Positions 1 to 8,357 of a stretch of DNA of 64,000 bases are shown here, in pieces (the first letter of the stretch is position 1; the number at the start of each line of letters is the position of its first letter). The stretch lies in NCBI GenBank assembly GCA_964589605.1, contig CAZPRN010000003.1, positions 135,733-199,732 on the forward strand, read 5' to 3'. Below the pieces are notes generated by a model. The model had not been told where the DNA came from and searched no databases. It was given only the letters and a program-made list of their open reading frames with translations. The position numbers and the translations under genes are program-made. Source of the DNA: an uncultured Candidatus Bathyarchaeia archaeon (GTDB taxonomy: Archaea > Thermoproteota > Bathyarchaeia > TCS64).

Positions 1-123
1 TTGTGTAAAAAACTAATGATTTCTCGTAATCAGTTATCGCTAATTCGGGAACCAAGCTATTTGATTTCATGGAGATTCGATTCCCATTACGGACACTTTG
101 ATATTAAGGATATTGGAGGATAA

Positions 124-210
124 TGGCGCAGGGAATGGGATTCGAACCCATGCTCCCGGTTGGGAACCAGTTTTCAAGACTGGCGCCGTAGTCCACTTGG
201 CTACCCCTGC
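124..210 (-). tRNA. tRNA-Ser (anticodon UGA) with long variable arm and encoded CCA
   Basis: The reverse complement reads GCAGGGG..CCAGT-CTTGAAA-ACTGG..long variable arm..ATGGG-TTCGAAT-CCCAT-TCCCTGC-G-CCA. It folds as a cloverleaf and the anticodon loop gives TGA. Confidence 0.9.
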
Positions 211-254
211 ACTAGGCAACAATGAAAGCGCTGCCCATGTAAAACCTTATCGAT

Positions 255-695
255 TTACTCCTTGAGGAATGAATCAATGCTTACTTGGTTGCGCAAAGCA
301 GCCACGACAACCTCGACTCGGGGCTCACCCGTGATAATATACTTTTTTACTGCATTCTTGACCACAACTTGTTTGTCATCCCCGTACGCGATCTCGTTCA
401 ACCCGTCAAGAAAAGCTTTCTCAAGGTTATCAAGATCCGGGGTGGTCATAACGTAGTTGTCCTTCTTCCTGCTCTTAGGCCGCTTCATGAAGAACGCAAG
501 GCTCAGCGCCACAGGTCCATTGAAGGGCTCATCGAAATGCTTTGACGCCTCCTCCTTGACCACCTTCTCCCACGCGGCAACCTTCTTTGGTGTAAAACTC
601 CATGTCCGACCACCCTTCCGGACTGTACGCGCCCTTGCCTTCGGGACTGGGTTACCGAAAACCGTGAAGCTAACCCTCATACCGGGAAGATACAC
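255..695 (-). CDS. RusA-family Holliday junction resolvase-like endonuclease (start may be the MRVSF Met at 680)
   Basis: N-terminal FTVFGNPVPKARAR and central TPDLDNLEKAFLDGLN..YGDDKQV match the RusA pattern (..PDxDNL.K...D.L....DD.QV). Confidence 0.7.
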   Translation of the reverse strand: MYLPGMRVSFTVFGNPVPKARARTVRKGGRTWSFTPKKVAAWEKVVKEEASKHFDEPFNGPVALSLAFFMKRPKSRKKDNYVMTTPDLDNLEKAFLDGLNEIAYGDDKQVVVKNAVKKYIITGEPRVEVVVAALRNQVSIDSFLKE

Positions 696-727
696 AGCCA
701 GATGCTAAGAGTCTTGTCCCGTGGAGG

Positions 728-1351
728 TTAACGTTTCCACGTGACAAAGTAGCGCCAGGAACAGTTTTCCGGGAGTAGCGCTTTGAAGCCACTGAATCCA
801 GCCTTCTCAATCTGTTTCCGGTTGTTCTTGGGTGTGCCATAGTATGTGACGACGTTTCCGAAATCGGTTCTCTCAGTGTGATATGGTCCATCAAAGTATC
901 TGATACCATTCATCTTTCTGAGCGCCGGGAGGAACAGACTGTTCCTGTCGTGGCTACTGTACACGAACACGCCATTTGACTTTAATACACGGTGTATTTC
1001 CTCGAAAGCCTCAAGACGCTTGGTAAGCGGGTAGAGATAGTCAAGCTTGTTGTTACTATAGAAGACATAGTCGAATGAACAGTCATCAAACTCAAGCTCC
1101 GTGGGGGTCCCCACCCTAAACTCTATATCAGGGTGTGAGAGCCGGGCCTGCTCCACGTCCTCAGGGGCATCGTCCACGCAAATCACAAGGTGACCAAAGT
1201 CACTCAGTGGACGGGAGGAGTCACCGGTTCCGCACCCAAGGTTAAGGAGGCGTCCGGGTGCGGACAGGTAGTCCCTAAATATGCCTTTCTCGGGGAGGAG
1301 CAGGCCCTTTTTCTCAGAGTACACCTCTACTGGTTGTGTGGATTGGATCAT
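728..1351 (-). CDS. Class I SAM-dependent methyltransferase (ORF extends to 1423; the MIQST Met at 1351 is the more likely start)
   Basis: Motif I LLNLGCGTGDSS followed by an acidic VICVDD strand. Size and layout are typical of Methyltransf_11/25-type enzymes. Confidence 0.75.
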   Translation of the reverse strand: MIQSTQPVEVYSEKKGLLLPEKGIFRDYLSAPGRLLNLGCGTGDSSRPLSDFGHLVICVDDAPEDVEQARLSHPDIEFRVGTPTELEFDDCSFDYVFYSNNKLDYLYPLTKRLEAFEEIHRVLKSNGVFVYSSHDRNSLFLPALRKMNGIRYFDGPYHTERTDFGNVVTYYGTPKNNRKQIEKAGFSGFKALLPENCSWRYFVTWKR

Positions 1352-1362
1352 CACATTATTCC

Positions 1363-1698
1363 TCAGTGTAAGGGTTGGGTGATGTTTCGCGACTCTTCCA
1401 GCGTGTACCCTGTGGCGTGCCACAAGATGTTGTGGAAAATGTGACCCCCATCACCTGGCAGATCTGCGGATATGGGTGGAAGCTCTTCACCGACTATTTT
1501 GGCGAAGTCCCTCTGGCGGTGTTGGAGGTCAAAAGGAAGGAGGGAGAAGGGTCTCCGAAGGCAACGCAATTCATCGGAGGCGTTCTCCCTAGAAATTAAC
1601 CCTCGGGCCGCCGATCGGAGGCTCATCTGAGCGGCAATGGGCATGGGGTCAGTTATTTTACCTCCGCGCCCACCCGAGCTAATATTTGGTGCTTCCAT
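1363..1698 (-). CDS. Hypothetical protein (weak)
   Basis: The only long ORF filling the gap between the methyltransferase and the membrane protein, on the same strand. No recognisable motif. Confidence 0.3.
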   Translation of the reverse strand: MEAPNISSGGRGGKITDPMPIAAQMSLRSAARGLISRENASDELRCLRRPFSLLPFDLQHRQRDFAKIVGEELPPISADLPGDGGHIFHNILWHATGYTLEESRNITQPLH

Positions 1699-1790
1699 TT
1701 TTTCCGATCAATACACACCTCAGATTTGACATAAACCTCTGGATGTGTCAAGGGAAAATCATCCGGGTATGTGTTCTATGGACACACACG

Positions 1791-2531
1791 CTAGACGAGG
1801 AGGAGAACCAGCACGACGCTGATTATACCAGTCAGGTATATCCCATCGAAGGTACCTGCCCCGCCGATGCTAACAACAGGTGCACCCAGGTCGGGTAATT
1901 TATCCAAGTTCATGAGGTCGGCGCCAGTGAGTGCCCCCAATACACCACCGATGTACGCTATCTGGGTAGGGCAGGTTACAGGGCTTAAGAGGGATACGGC
2001 AAGCACGGCGAAAACCGTCGTCAATGGGGGCCCGAACATTGGGGTAGCGATGCCCAGTCCCTTGATTATTCGAGAGTTCCTGTATGTTCCATAAGTCACA
2101 ATGAGGAAGACGACGAGAACGTTGACGTATGATCCAATCAGGTTGAGGCTACATTTGGGGATCGAGTAGACGAGAAGGTACATGGAGATTAGAATAGGGA
2201 CCACTGCTCCTCCCACGTTGAGCATTACATGGGTCTCCCGTACCCCAAGCTCCATCTGGGGAATCCTCCAGTTAACACCAAAGAAGCGTATCACACGATA
2301 GGTCCTTATGGGTTCCCGGGTTTCGATAGTTGTCAACGGGATGTTAACGTTGCTTCCGAATAGGCTCAGGAAGAGCACCGCACCGAACATAGAGGGGGGT
2401 AGCCCTAACGCAGTTACCATGACGCTTCGGTAGAACCTCATGAGAAATGGGAACACGATGAACAGCAGGAACAGTAGCACCGAGAAATACATGGCGCTGA
2501 AGGGCCTGAACACGATCCTGCGTCCCGACAT
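1791..2531 (-). CDS. Polytopic integral membrane protein (possibly DUF1614-like)
   Basis: 246 aa, almost entirely hydrophobic helices. The NVGGAVVPILISMYLL segment is reminiscent of DUF1614 proteins, a family call made from memory only. Confidence 0.6.
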   Translation of the reverse strand: MSGRRIVFRPFSAMYFSVLLFLLFIVFPFLMRFYRSVMVTALGLPPSMFGAVLFLSLFGSNVNIPLTTIETREPIRTYRVIRFFGVNWRIPQMELGVRETHVMLNVGGAVVPILISMYLLVYSIPKCSLNLIGSYVNVLVVFLIVTYGTYRNSRIIKGLGIATPMFGPPLTTVFAVLAVSLLSPVTCPTQIAYIGGVLGALTGADLMNLDKLPDLGAPVVSIGGAGTFDGIYLTGIISVVLVLLLV

Positions 2532-2543
2532 AAACAGAGTGGT

Positions 2544-3308
2544 CTAGGCAAGGTTGAATAGCTTTTCGGTGTTCCGGGTCGTTATGGATGCCACCTCAAG
2601 GGAATCCATCTCTTTGAGATCAGCAAGGGCTTCGATCACAAGCTTCACATCAACTGGTGTGCTCTTTCGGTCATACTTGCGCATGTATACTGGGCTATCC
2701 GTCTCAACGATGATTCGATCCATTGGAGCCTTCCTCATAACAGCCCTCGCTCCTTTACTGTACTCGACACTGGGAGTAGCAGATATGTAGAACCCAGCGT
2801 CAATGATGTCCCGTAAAGTGTGAAGTGGCCCATCATACCAGTGAAATACTCCCTTTACACCCGCTTCAACAGCGAGGCTCAGAGAGTCCTTGTACGCGGA
2901 CCTGCTGTGAATGGCGGCGGGGAGATTGAACTCAGCTGCTAGCTCTAGGAATCTCATGTAAATCGCCCTCATCTTTTCACGGATATCTTTAGGTTTTGCG
3001 AATGAGTACGCATAGTCCAAACCAATCTCACCAACAGCTACGCAACTGTCAAGGTTACAACGGAGATATTCAATCGCAGCATCGATATCCTCGGTTATGA
3101 CATCAGCGGGATGCACACCGAGTGCAGGATAAACATACCTTGGATACTTTTCAGCCAAGGTTTTCGTGAACCTGCTGGACTCAAGGTTGCCACCGACGCA
3201 AATTATCGCATCGATGCCTGATTCCTTTGATAATTGAATTATAGAATCAGGGTCCTCAAAGCTCTCCATATGGACATGGGAGTCAATGATGCCCCGCATC
3301 TTAACCAT
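2544..3308 (-). CDS. TatD-family metal-dependent hydrolase
   Basis: IIDSHVHM at the N-terminus, GEIGLDY, AAIHSR and ETDSP motifs typical of TatD/amidohydrolase-fold DNases. The ORF is trimmed to the internal Met to avoid a long overlap with the upstream gene. Confidence 0.8.
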   Translation of the reverse strand: MVKMRGIIDSHVHMESFEDPDSIIQLSKESGIDAIICVGGNLESSRFTKTLAEKYPRYVYPALGVHPADVITEDIDAAIEYLRCNLDSCVAVGEIGLDYAYSFAKPKDIREKMRAIYMRFLELAAEFNLPAAIHSRSAYKDSLSLAVEAGVKGVFHWYDGPLHTLRDIIDAGFYISATPSVEYSKGARAVMRKAPMDRIIVETDSPVYMRKYDRKSTPVDVKLVIEALADLKEMDSLEVASITTRNTEKLFNLA

Positions 3309-3609
3309 CGATCTTCTCAATGCTGTGAATGATGCTGGCAGTGTTCCGGCTTCTGCTCTGATAAGTGATCCTGTACGTTGTGTCCAGCTCAAAATCATGG
3401 CTTCCGGGTAGCTTGAGCTTGCCCTCCCCGTAGCTCAGGATGTAAGTGTTACCGCCACCACTCTCCCAGGTATCGAATACCTTGCCCTCCCAAACCTGGA
3501 CGGGCGGGTTGAGGTACACGTAAGCCGAGGAGGCGAATACTATAAACACGAGAGTGAGGCCACCGATGAGGGCCATCCGTTCTTTTCCATCCATCTCGCT
3601 GAGATTCAT
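3301..3609 (-). CDS. Small membrane-anchored hypothetical protein
   Basis: N-terminal TM helix (LIGGLTLVFIVFASSAYVYL) followed by a soluble beta-rich part. Co-directional and abutting tatD. Confidence 0.45.
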   Translation of the reverse strand: MNLSEMDGKERMALIGGLTLVFIVFASSAYVYLNPPVQVWEGKVFDTWESGGGNTYILSYGEGKLKLPGSHDFELDTTYRITYQSRSRNTASIIHSIEKIDG

Positions 3610-3654
3610 ATAACAGAGTTGCCCCGAAGCGCACTATTAAACTCACCGATGATG

Positions 3655-4686
3655 TTAGATGTAGTTAATTACCACGAAACTCAGCACGGAGACCATCACT
3701 TGGGCACCGATTAGGATTTTGGTTACCTTTGTCTCGGTGAAATCCCCCATCTTCATGACGAGGTGGGTCAGTCCCCGGACCTTGTCCTCTCTTGGCTTGA
3801 CGGTTCCATCAGGTTGAAGAATACCATAGCTCTCTGCCTCGAACCTTGAAGCAGCCTTCAGGAACGCCTCGATTACGTACAGGGTGAAACATATGACACC
3901 GAATTTCTCCATGTTGCCAATCACAACGACGCTAGCGTAGACAGCACCAATAGTATAATTCAGGTCACCGGGAAAAACCACCGCTGGATACCAGTTGTAT
4001 CTGAGAAACCCGAGGAGCGCAAACGCGAAACATATAGCAATCATAGACGCGTTGAATTGACCTTGCCTGTAGGCGTAGAGCCCGATAGTCAGATGAAGAA
4101 CGAAACCCAGTCCTGCTTCAAGCCCGTTGAAACCGGCGAGGAAATTGGTCGCGTTGCTACAGGCAAGAACGGCAACCGGTACAAGAAGTAGAGGGTAGAT
4201 TATCCCCAATTCCACTCGTCCGAGTAAGGGAATGGTTAGTTTGCTGACACCCGCGTTCACGGCAGCAAGGGGAACCGCCGCGGGTAGCGGGATGAAAAAG
4301 TAGAGCCAACGGGGGATGCCCACTTTCTTGTACTGCTCAAACTCACCCGCACCCTCACGTTCCTTGGACAGGGCGGTTAAAGTATCAAAGACACCAATCA
4401 AAGTGATTATCAATACGGTGGTCAAGGTTGCCAATATGTAGACTAAACCGTTGAGCCTGGGGGGAATAAAAATCTCAACCGCGATAAAAAAGAAAACTCC
4501 CAAAAGGAAACCGGTGATAACTCCGGGTCCACCCATATCAGCTACGGGTTTCTTTTCACTTTTCATTATATCGTACCCAACTACACCGATCCCCTTCATG
4601 TACTGGTTGTAAAGGGGAACCACTATGAAGGTCACAGCGAAGCTCAACGAGGCTGCGCCCACTATCGTGTATGGGATGCTGAACAT
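3655..4686 (-). CDS. MraY/WecA/AglH-family polyprenyl-phosphate N-acetylhexosamine-1-phosphate transferase
   Basis: About 10 TM helices. The NATNFLAGFNGLEAGLG motif is characteristic of the GT4 (MraY/WecA/AglH) family. Confidence 0.75.
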   Translation of the reverse strand: MFSIPYTIVGAASLSFAVTFIVVPLYNQYMKGIGVVGYDIMKSEKKPVADMGGPGVITGFLLGVFFFIAVEIFIPPRLNGLVYILATLTTVLIITLIGVFDTLTALSKEREGAGEFEQYKKVGIPRWLYFFIPLPAAVPLAAVNAGVSKLTIPLLGRVELGIIYPLLLVPVAVLACSNATNFLAGFNGLEAGLGFVLHLTIGLYAYRQGQFNASMIAICFAFALLGFLRYNWYPAVVFPGDLNYTIGAVYASVVVIGNMEKFGVICFTLYVIEAFLKAASRFEAESYGILQPDGTVKPREDKVRGLTHLVMKMGDFTETKVTKILIGAQVMVSVLSFVVINYI

Positions 4687-4761
4687 TGATAGAAGGAATT
4701 CCGCCCAGCGGCATATGAAACTACCCCCAAGGTTTATCCAAGGTGACTCACTTCAACCTCC

Positions 4762-6351
4762 GTGAAACCCCTCATCGTTGACACCCTAGCATCTGGCAAG
4801 GGAACAAGGCTTACAACGCGGGACGTTATAGGGGCTGGTCCACGAACAGTTGCAGGGGTACTTGAGAAACACGGTTTCATGCCAGAGATCATGCCAGTTG
4901 AGAGGTATCTGGGGAAAGGCTTCAAAATCAAAGGTTATGATTCGTTGCTGGTCAGTGGAATGACCTCGGATATCCCAGCCATGCAGCGGGTTATCAGAAA
5001 GTGGAGAAAAGCCTCAAAAGCACCCGTGATCATAGGCGGTCCATCCTGCTCAGAACCGGAAAGAGTTCTACGAAAAACAGGGGCAGATATCGCGATTACG
5101 GGTGAGGGAGAGGAGACGACAGCGGATCTGGTGAAGGTGAACGCCTTCACCGGCGACATGGATGGGCTTGATGATATGCTCGGCATCGGTTATAGGATCA
5201 AGAAAAGCATAAACGTCAACCCCATGCGCCCAATCCAGTCAAGGGAAATATTCAGCAAGTACCCCCCATCGGTCTCGACGATCACGGGATACGACCTCTA
5301 CAAATCAGCGAGAGTTTACGTAGAAGTGGTTAGGGGTTGCAGTAACTATCATAGGGCAAGGATTGGCCCCATCGGGGAGAGTTGTACGTTCTGCGAGCAA
5401 TGCACAGAGGGAGAACTCACCGATAGGTACGACTGCCCGGTGGGGATACCTCCCGGATGCGGATACTGCAGCGTCCCAAGCCTCTATGGTCCACCTAGGA
5501 GCAGGCCGAAGGAACTAGTAATAGAGGAAGCAAAAGGGCTTCTGGACCTTGGTGTCCACAGGCTGGTGCTCAGCGCCCCCGGGTTCCTCGACTATGGCAG
5601 GGACTTTCTAGTTGACCCTGAGCCACTCACAGACCCAAGGAATCCCTTGCCCAACTATAAGGAGCTTGAAGGTCTTCTCGCTGGACTGTCTGAGCTACCC
5701 GAGATGAGAGCGGGAAATGCCTCGTTGATGATTGAGAACATCAAGGCAGCCCTGGTGACTGAGAAGGCAGCTGGTATTCTAGGCAAGTATCTCGGGGATA
5801 CTCCGGTTAGCGTTGGGTTTGAGACAGGATCCGATTCTCACAGTGTTCAGCTTGGGAGACCAGACACACCATCAGAGACCATAGTCGCATTGAGGAGGCT
5901 CAAAGAGGCGGGTTTGAAGCCCTACGTCTACTTCATCCATGGGTTACCAGGGCAGACACATGAAACCGCGTTAGAGTCTGTCAGGAGGATCAATCAGAGC
6001 ATGAGATTGGGCGCGGATAGGGTGATACTGTACAGGTTCATGAGCCTTCCGGCTTCTACGTTCCGCGGATGCCCCTCGGGTCCACCGGCTGTACATGACC
6101 CTGACAGCAAGCTCATCTACGATACAGCCCAGAAGGCAAACGAGGGAAGCAAGAAGGAATTGGTCGGGCAACGATTGAAAGTTGTAATCGCCAACAGGTA
6201 TGAACGGGATCGCCGATATTCAGTGGCTTACCCCATGCTCCACGGACCCGTTGTGCTGGTCGAGAACGGTGGTCTTGAGCCTGGAAGCGTACACACGGTA
6301 AGGATAACCGGTGTTGCCAGCGAAAGGATGGTCGTTGGAAGGGTAACCTGA
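4762..6351 (+). CDS. Radical SAM-type protein with flavodoxin/B12-like N-terminal domain and C-terminal TRAM-like barrel
   Basis: GCSNY...CTFCEQC...CGYCSV cysteine cluster, GFETGS and a TIM-barrel-like core. C-terminal GQRLKVVI..VHTVRITGV..VGRV resembles a TRAM domain. GTG start. Confidence 0.65.
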   Translation: MKPLIVDTLASGKGTRLTTRDVIGAGPRTVAGVLEKHGFMPEIMPVERYLGKGFKIKGYDSLLVSGMTSDIPAMQRVIRKWRKASKAPVIIGGPSCSEPERVLRKTGADIAITGEGEETTADLVKVNAFTGDMDGLDDMLGIGYRIKKSINVNPMRPIQSREIFSKYPPSVSTITGYDLYKSARVYVEVVRGCSNYHRARIGPIGESCTFCEQCTEGELTDRYDCPVGIPPGCGYCSVPSLYGPPRSRPKELVIEEAKGLLDLGVHRLVLSAPGFLDYGRDFLVDPEPLTDPRNPLPNYKELEGLLAGLSELPEMRAGNASLMIENIKAALVTEKAAGILGKYLGDTPVSVGFETGSDSHSVQLGRPDTPSETIVALRRLKEAGLKPYVYFIHGLPGQTHETALESVRRINQSMRLGADRVILYRFMSLPASTFRGCPSGPPAVHDPDSKLIYDTAQKANEGSKKELVGQRLKVVIANRYERDRRYSVAYPMLHGPVVLVENGGLEPGSVHTVRITGVASERMVVGRVT

Positions 6352-6418
6352 TACGAATCTCAGCTCGGTAATATTATCCTGTTATGCTTTTATCCGGGAG
6401 ACTGGATGCAACAAACAA

Positions 6419-7182
6419 ATGGATGTTGATCATAGTTGTCGCAACGCAATTATGAGATCAATTCGCCTATTTTTATTCCTGGGTTTGACGCTCCTTCCCC
6501 CGGTTGAGGGATTCAACGGGGGACTAAATACACTTGAGACACTGGGTGGAAAGGGTGTCGACAAGGTTCACGATTATGCGGTTATCCCTGACGGATACTT
6601 GATAGTAGGCAGCACTACATCCTTTGAGACTGATAAGGAGGACGTCTACGTAATCAGGGTGAACCAGCGTGGTGAGATGATATGGAACAAGACGTATTGT
6701 GGCTGGGAGTCAGATCGAGGTTACGCTGTCACGAGGACAAGGGACAACAACTACGTCATAACAGGGGCATCAAGCCACTAGGAAGGCATAGGAAATGACG
6801 TTCTCTTCCTGCGTATCAACGGCGATGGAGGTGTAATAGCTGAGAAGAGTTACGGAGGGAACGCGTGGGACTGGGGAGAAGATGTCATTGAACTCAGCGA
6901 CGGTAACATCCTGCTATGCAAGAGCAAGATATCAGCAGAGAAAGGGTTTGACACGAGTCTGCTGAATATCAATTACGATGGGGGATACAAGTGGAGCAAG
7001 AGTATAGGAGGAATCAAGGATGATGGGTGTAATCGGATAGTTTCTACAGGCGAGGACGAGTACACTCTGATAGGAACTCATACAACACTGAGGCCAATGG
7101 TGCAAATGTTCTTTTAATGAAGGTGGACTACGTGATAGGTTGTCATCATTCGGGAATAGACTCATGGGCCCCATCAATATAG
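6419..7182 (+). pseudogene. Disrupted gene for a secreted repeat (beta-propeller-like) protein, with an in-frame TAG at 6779-6781 and a frameshift near 7084-7095
   Basis: Signal-peptide-like start (MRSIRLFLFLGLTLL). The repeat unit (Y/D)xx(T/L)xDGxYxxxGxTxSxxxxxxDxxxxxxxxxGxxxW continues in frame past the TAG (GIGNDVLFLRINGDGG...). It then continues only in the next frame (TEANGANVLLMKVDYV). Confidence 0.6.
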
Positions 7183-7382
7183 GGGCGAAACCAAAAGAGA
7201 TCATCAAAGGATTACGTGGAACGATGAACGGTTTGAAGGATAAAATAAGCTCCCGGTTCAAGAAGAGTGAAGAAGTCGAGGAAGATGAACCTGAAGAGTG
7301 ATTGATCAGGTTAATACGGTGGGAACTGACAGAAAACGATGCGTTTTAAAGAGAGCGTATTGAGTAATCTTAGGCGTCAAGT

Positions 7383-7571
7383 ATGTCCACTGAAGATAAC
7401 GGCGTAGAACAAATGAACCAGGAGGGGCCAGTGTACGAGTGCGTCAAGTGCGCGCGCAGGGTCCCCCACAAGGACCTCCAGCGATACATCAGCTTCAGGT
7501 GCCCATACTGTGGTTACAGGATTTTCCGCAAGGTACGCGCCCCCATCGTGAAAAGGGTGAAGGCGAGGTAA
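7383..7571 (+). CDS. rpoP: DNA-directed RNA polymerase subunit P (Rpo12/RpoP); start may be the MNQEG Met at 7413
   Basis: YECVKC..(x15)..RCPYCGYRIFRKVR is a 4-Cys zinc ribbon with a basic tail, as in archaeal RpoP / eukaryotic Rpb12. Confidence 0.8.
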   Translation: MSTEDNGVEQMNQEGPVYECVKCARRVPHKDLQRYISFRCPYCGYRIFRKVRAPIVKRVKAR

Positions 7572-7573
7572 AC

Positions 7574-8122
7574 ATGACATCGTTAGAGAAGGCACACACG
7601 CTTGAAGAAAAGAGAGCAGCCCTCATCATCCAGTACCGCAAGTTCAACCTAGACGCCATTGAGAAAGAGGAAGAGAAGCTCACATACAGGCTGAGCAGGG
7701 GCGAGGAAAAATACCTCATGCACGTTCTGCTCAACAAGAAGACCATCGGCATCGCGTTCATCAGAAACCTCAGGGACCAGATCGAGGAAGAAGAGGTCAC
7801 CGGAGGCATCATAGTCGCAGACGGCAAGTACACCTACAGCGCCAGGAGCAACGCCCCCGAGATGAGGATAGAGCTAATCCCATCCAGCCTACCCACCTTT
7901 GATGTGTTCGAGCACTCATACGTGCCACTGCACGAGGTTGTGACCGAGGAGGAGCGGAAGGAGATCAGCGAGAGATACCACGCGGAGCCATACCAGTTCC
8001 CGTGGATCAGGGCATCAGACCCAGTCTCGATTATCCTAGGTGCTACACCCGGCGATGTGTTGAAGATAACTCAGAAGAGCGAGACGGCGGGAGAGTACTT
8101 CAGCTACCGTTACGTAGTATAA
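7574..8122 (+). CDS. rpoH: RNA polymerase subunit H (Rpo5) with an Rpb5-like N-terminal extension
   Basis: C-terminal HSYVPLHEVVTEEE..PWIRASDPV..GDVLKITQKSETAGEYFSYRYVV matches the RpoH/Rpb5 C-domain. The ATG at 7574 follows the rpoP stop; the earlier ORF start at 7439 overlaps rpoP in another frame. Confidence 0.85.
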   Translation: MTSLEKAHTLEEKRAALIIQYRKFNLDAIEKEEEKLTYRLSRGEEKYLMHVLLNKKTIGIAFIRNLRDQIEEEEVTGGIIVADGKYTYSARSNAPEMRIELIPSSLPTFDVFEHSYVPLHEVVTEEERKEISERYHAEPYQFPWIRASDPVSIILGATPGDVLKITQKSETAGEYFSYRYVV

Positions 8123-8325
8123 TCTTTTCTTAACTCTACTAGAATTACTATTGCCTCACCGAGGGGCATGTCAAGTCTCTGGCTTAACTGCTCAGGGGTG
8201 ATGTCCGGATTGACAGGTAGAATGTTGTCCCGTGTGTATGTCATATGGGAGATATACATGGGCAGTTTCTGTGCGGTCTCGACGAGTATATGCCAGATAG
8301 GGTTACTCGTGTACTCGTCGCTCAT
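8110..8325 (-). CDS. Small hypothetical protein, possible HTH
   Basis: 71-aa ORF. The C-terminal ITPEQLSQRLDMPLGEAIVILVEL looks helix-turn-helix-like. It overlaps the rpoH end by 13 nt, convergently. Confidence 0.4.
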   Translation of the reverse strand: MSDEYTSNPIWHILVETAQKLPMYISHMTYTRDNILPVNPDITPEQLSQRLDMPLGEAIVILVELRKDYTT

Positions 8326-8357
8326 GGAAAAGGTTTGGGTTTTTCATGGATTAAAGG

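Noticed and set aside
61-100. T-arm-like string GGAGATTCGATTCCCAT as a tRNA fragment or att remnant
   Set aside because: The flanking bases do not pair into a T-stem. Its orientation is opposite to tRNA-Ser, so it cannot be a direct-repeat duplicate of that tRNA's 3' end.
6779-6781. In-frame TAG as a pyrrolysine codon
   Set aside because: The same gene also needs a frameshift about 300 nt downstream to stay open, and it is not a methylamine methyltransferase-type gene. Decay is the simpler explanation. It is kept as a finding to verify, but not called as recoding.
6932-7261. 109-aa minus-strand ORF
   Set aside because: It lies antisense to the repeat-protein pseudogene and has no motifs. 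The plus strand carries the recognisable repeat pattern across three frames.
7439-7573. The ORF-track start of the 227-aa ORF, which overlaps rpoP in another frame
   Set aside because: The N-terminal 45 residues are Pro/Gly/Gln-rich shadow sequence of rpoP. A clean ATG at 7574 right after the rpoP stop begins the RpoH-like protein.
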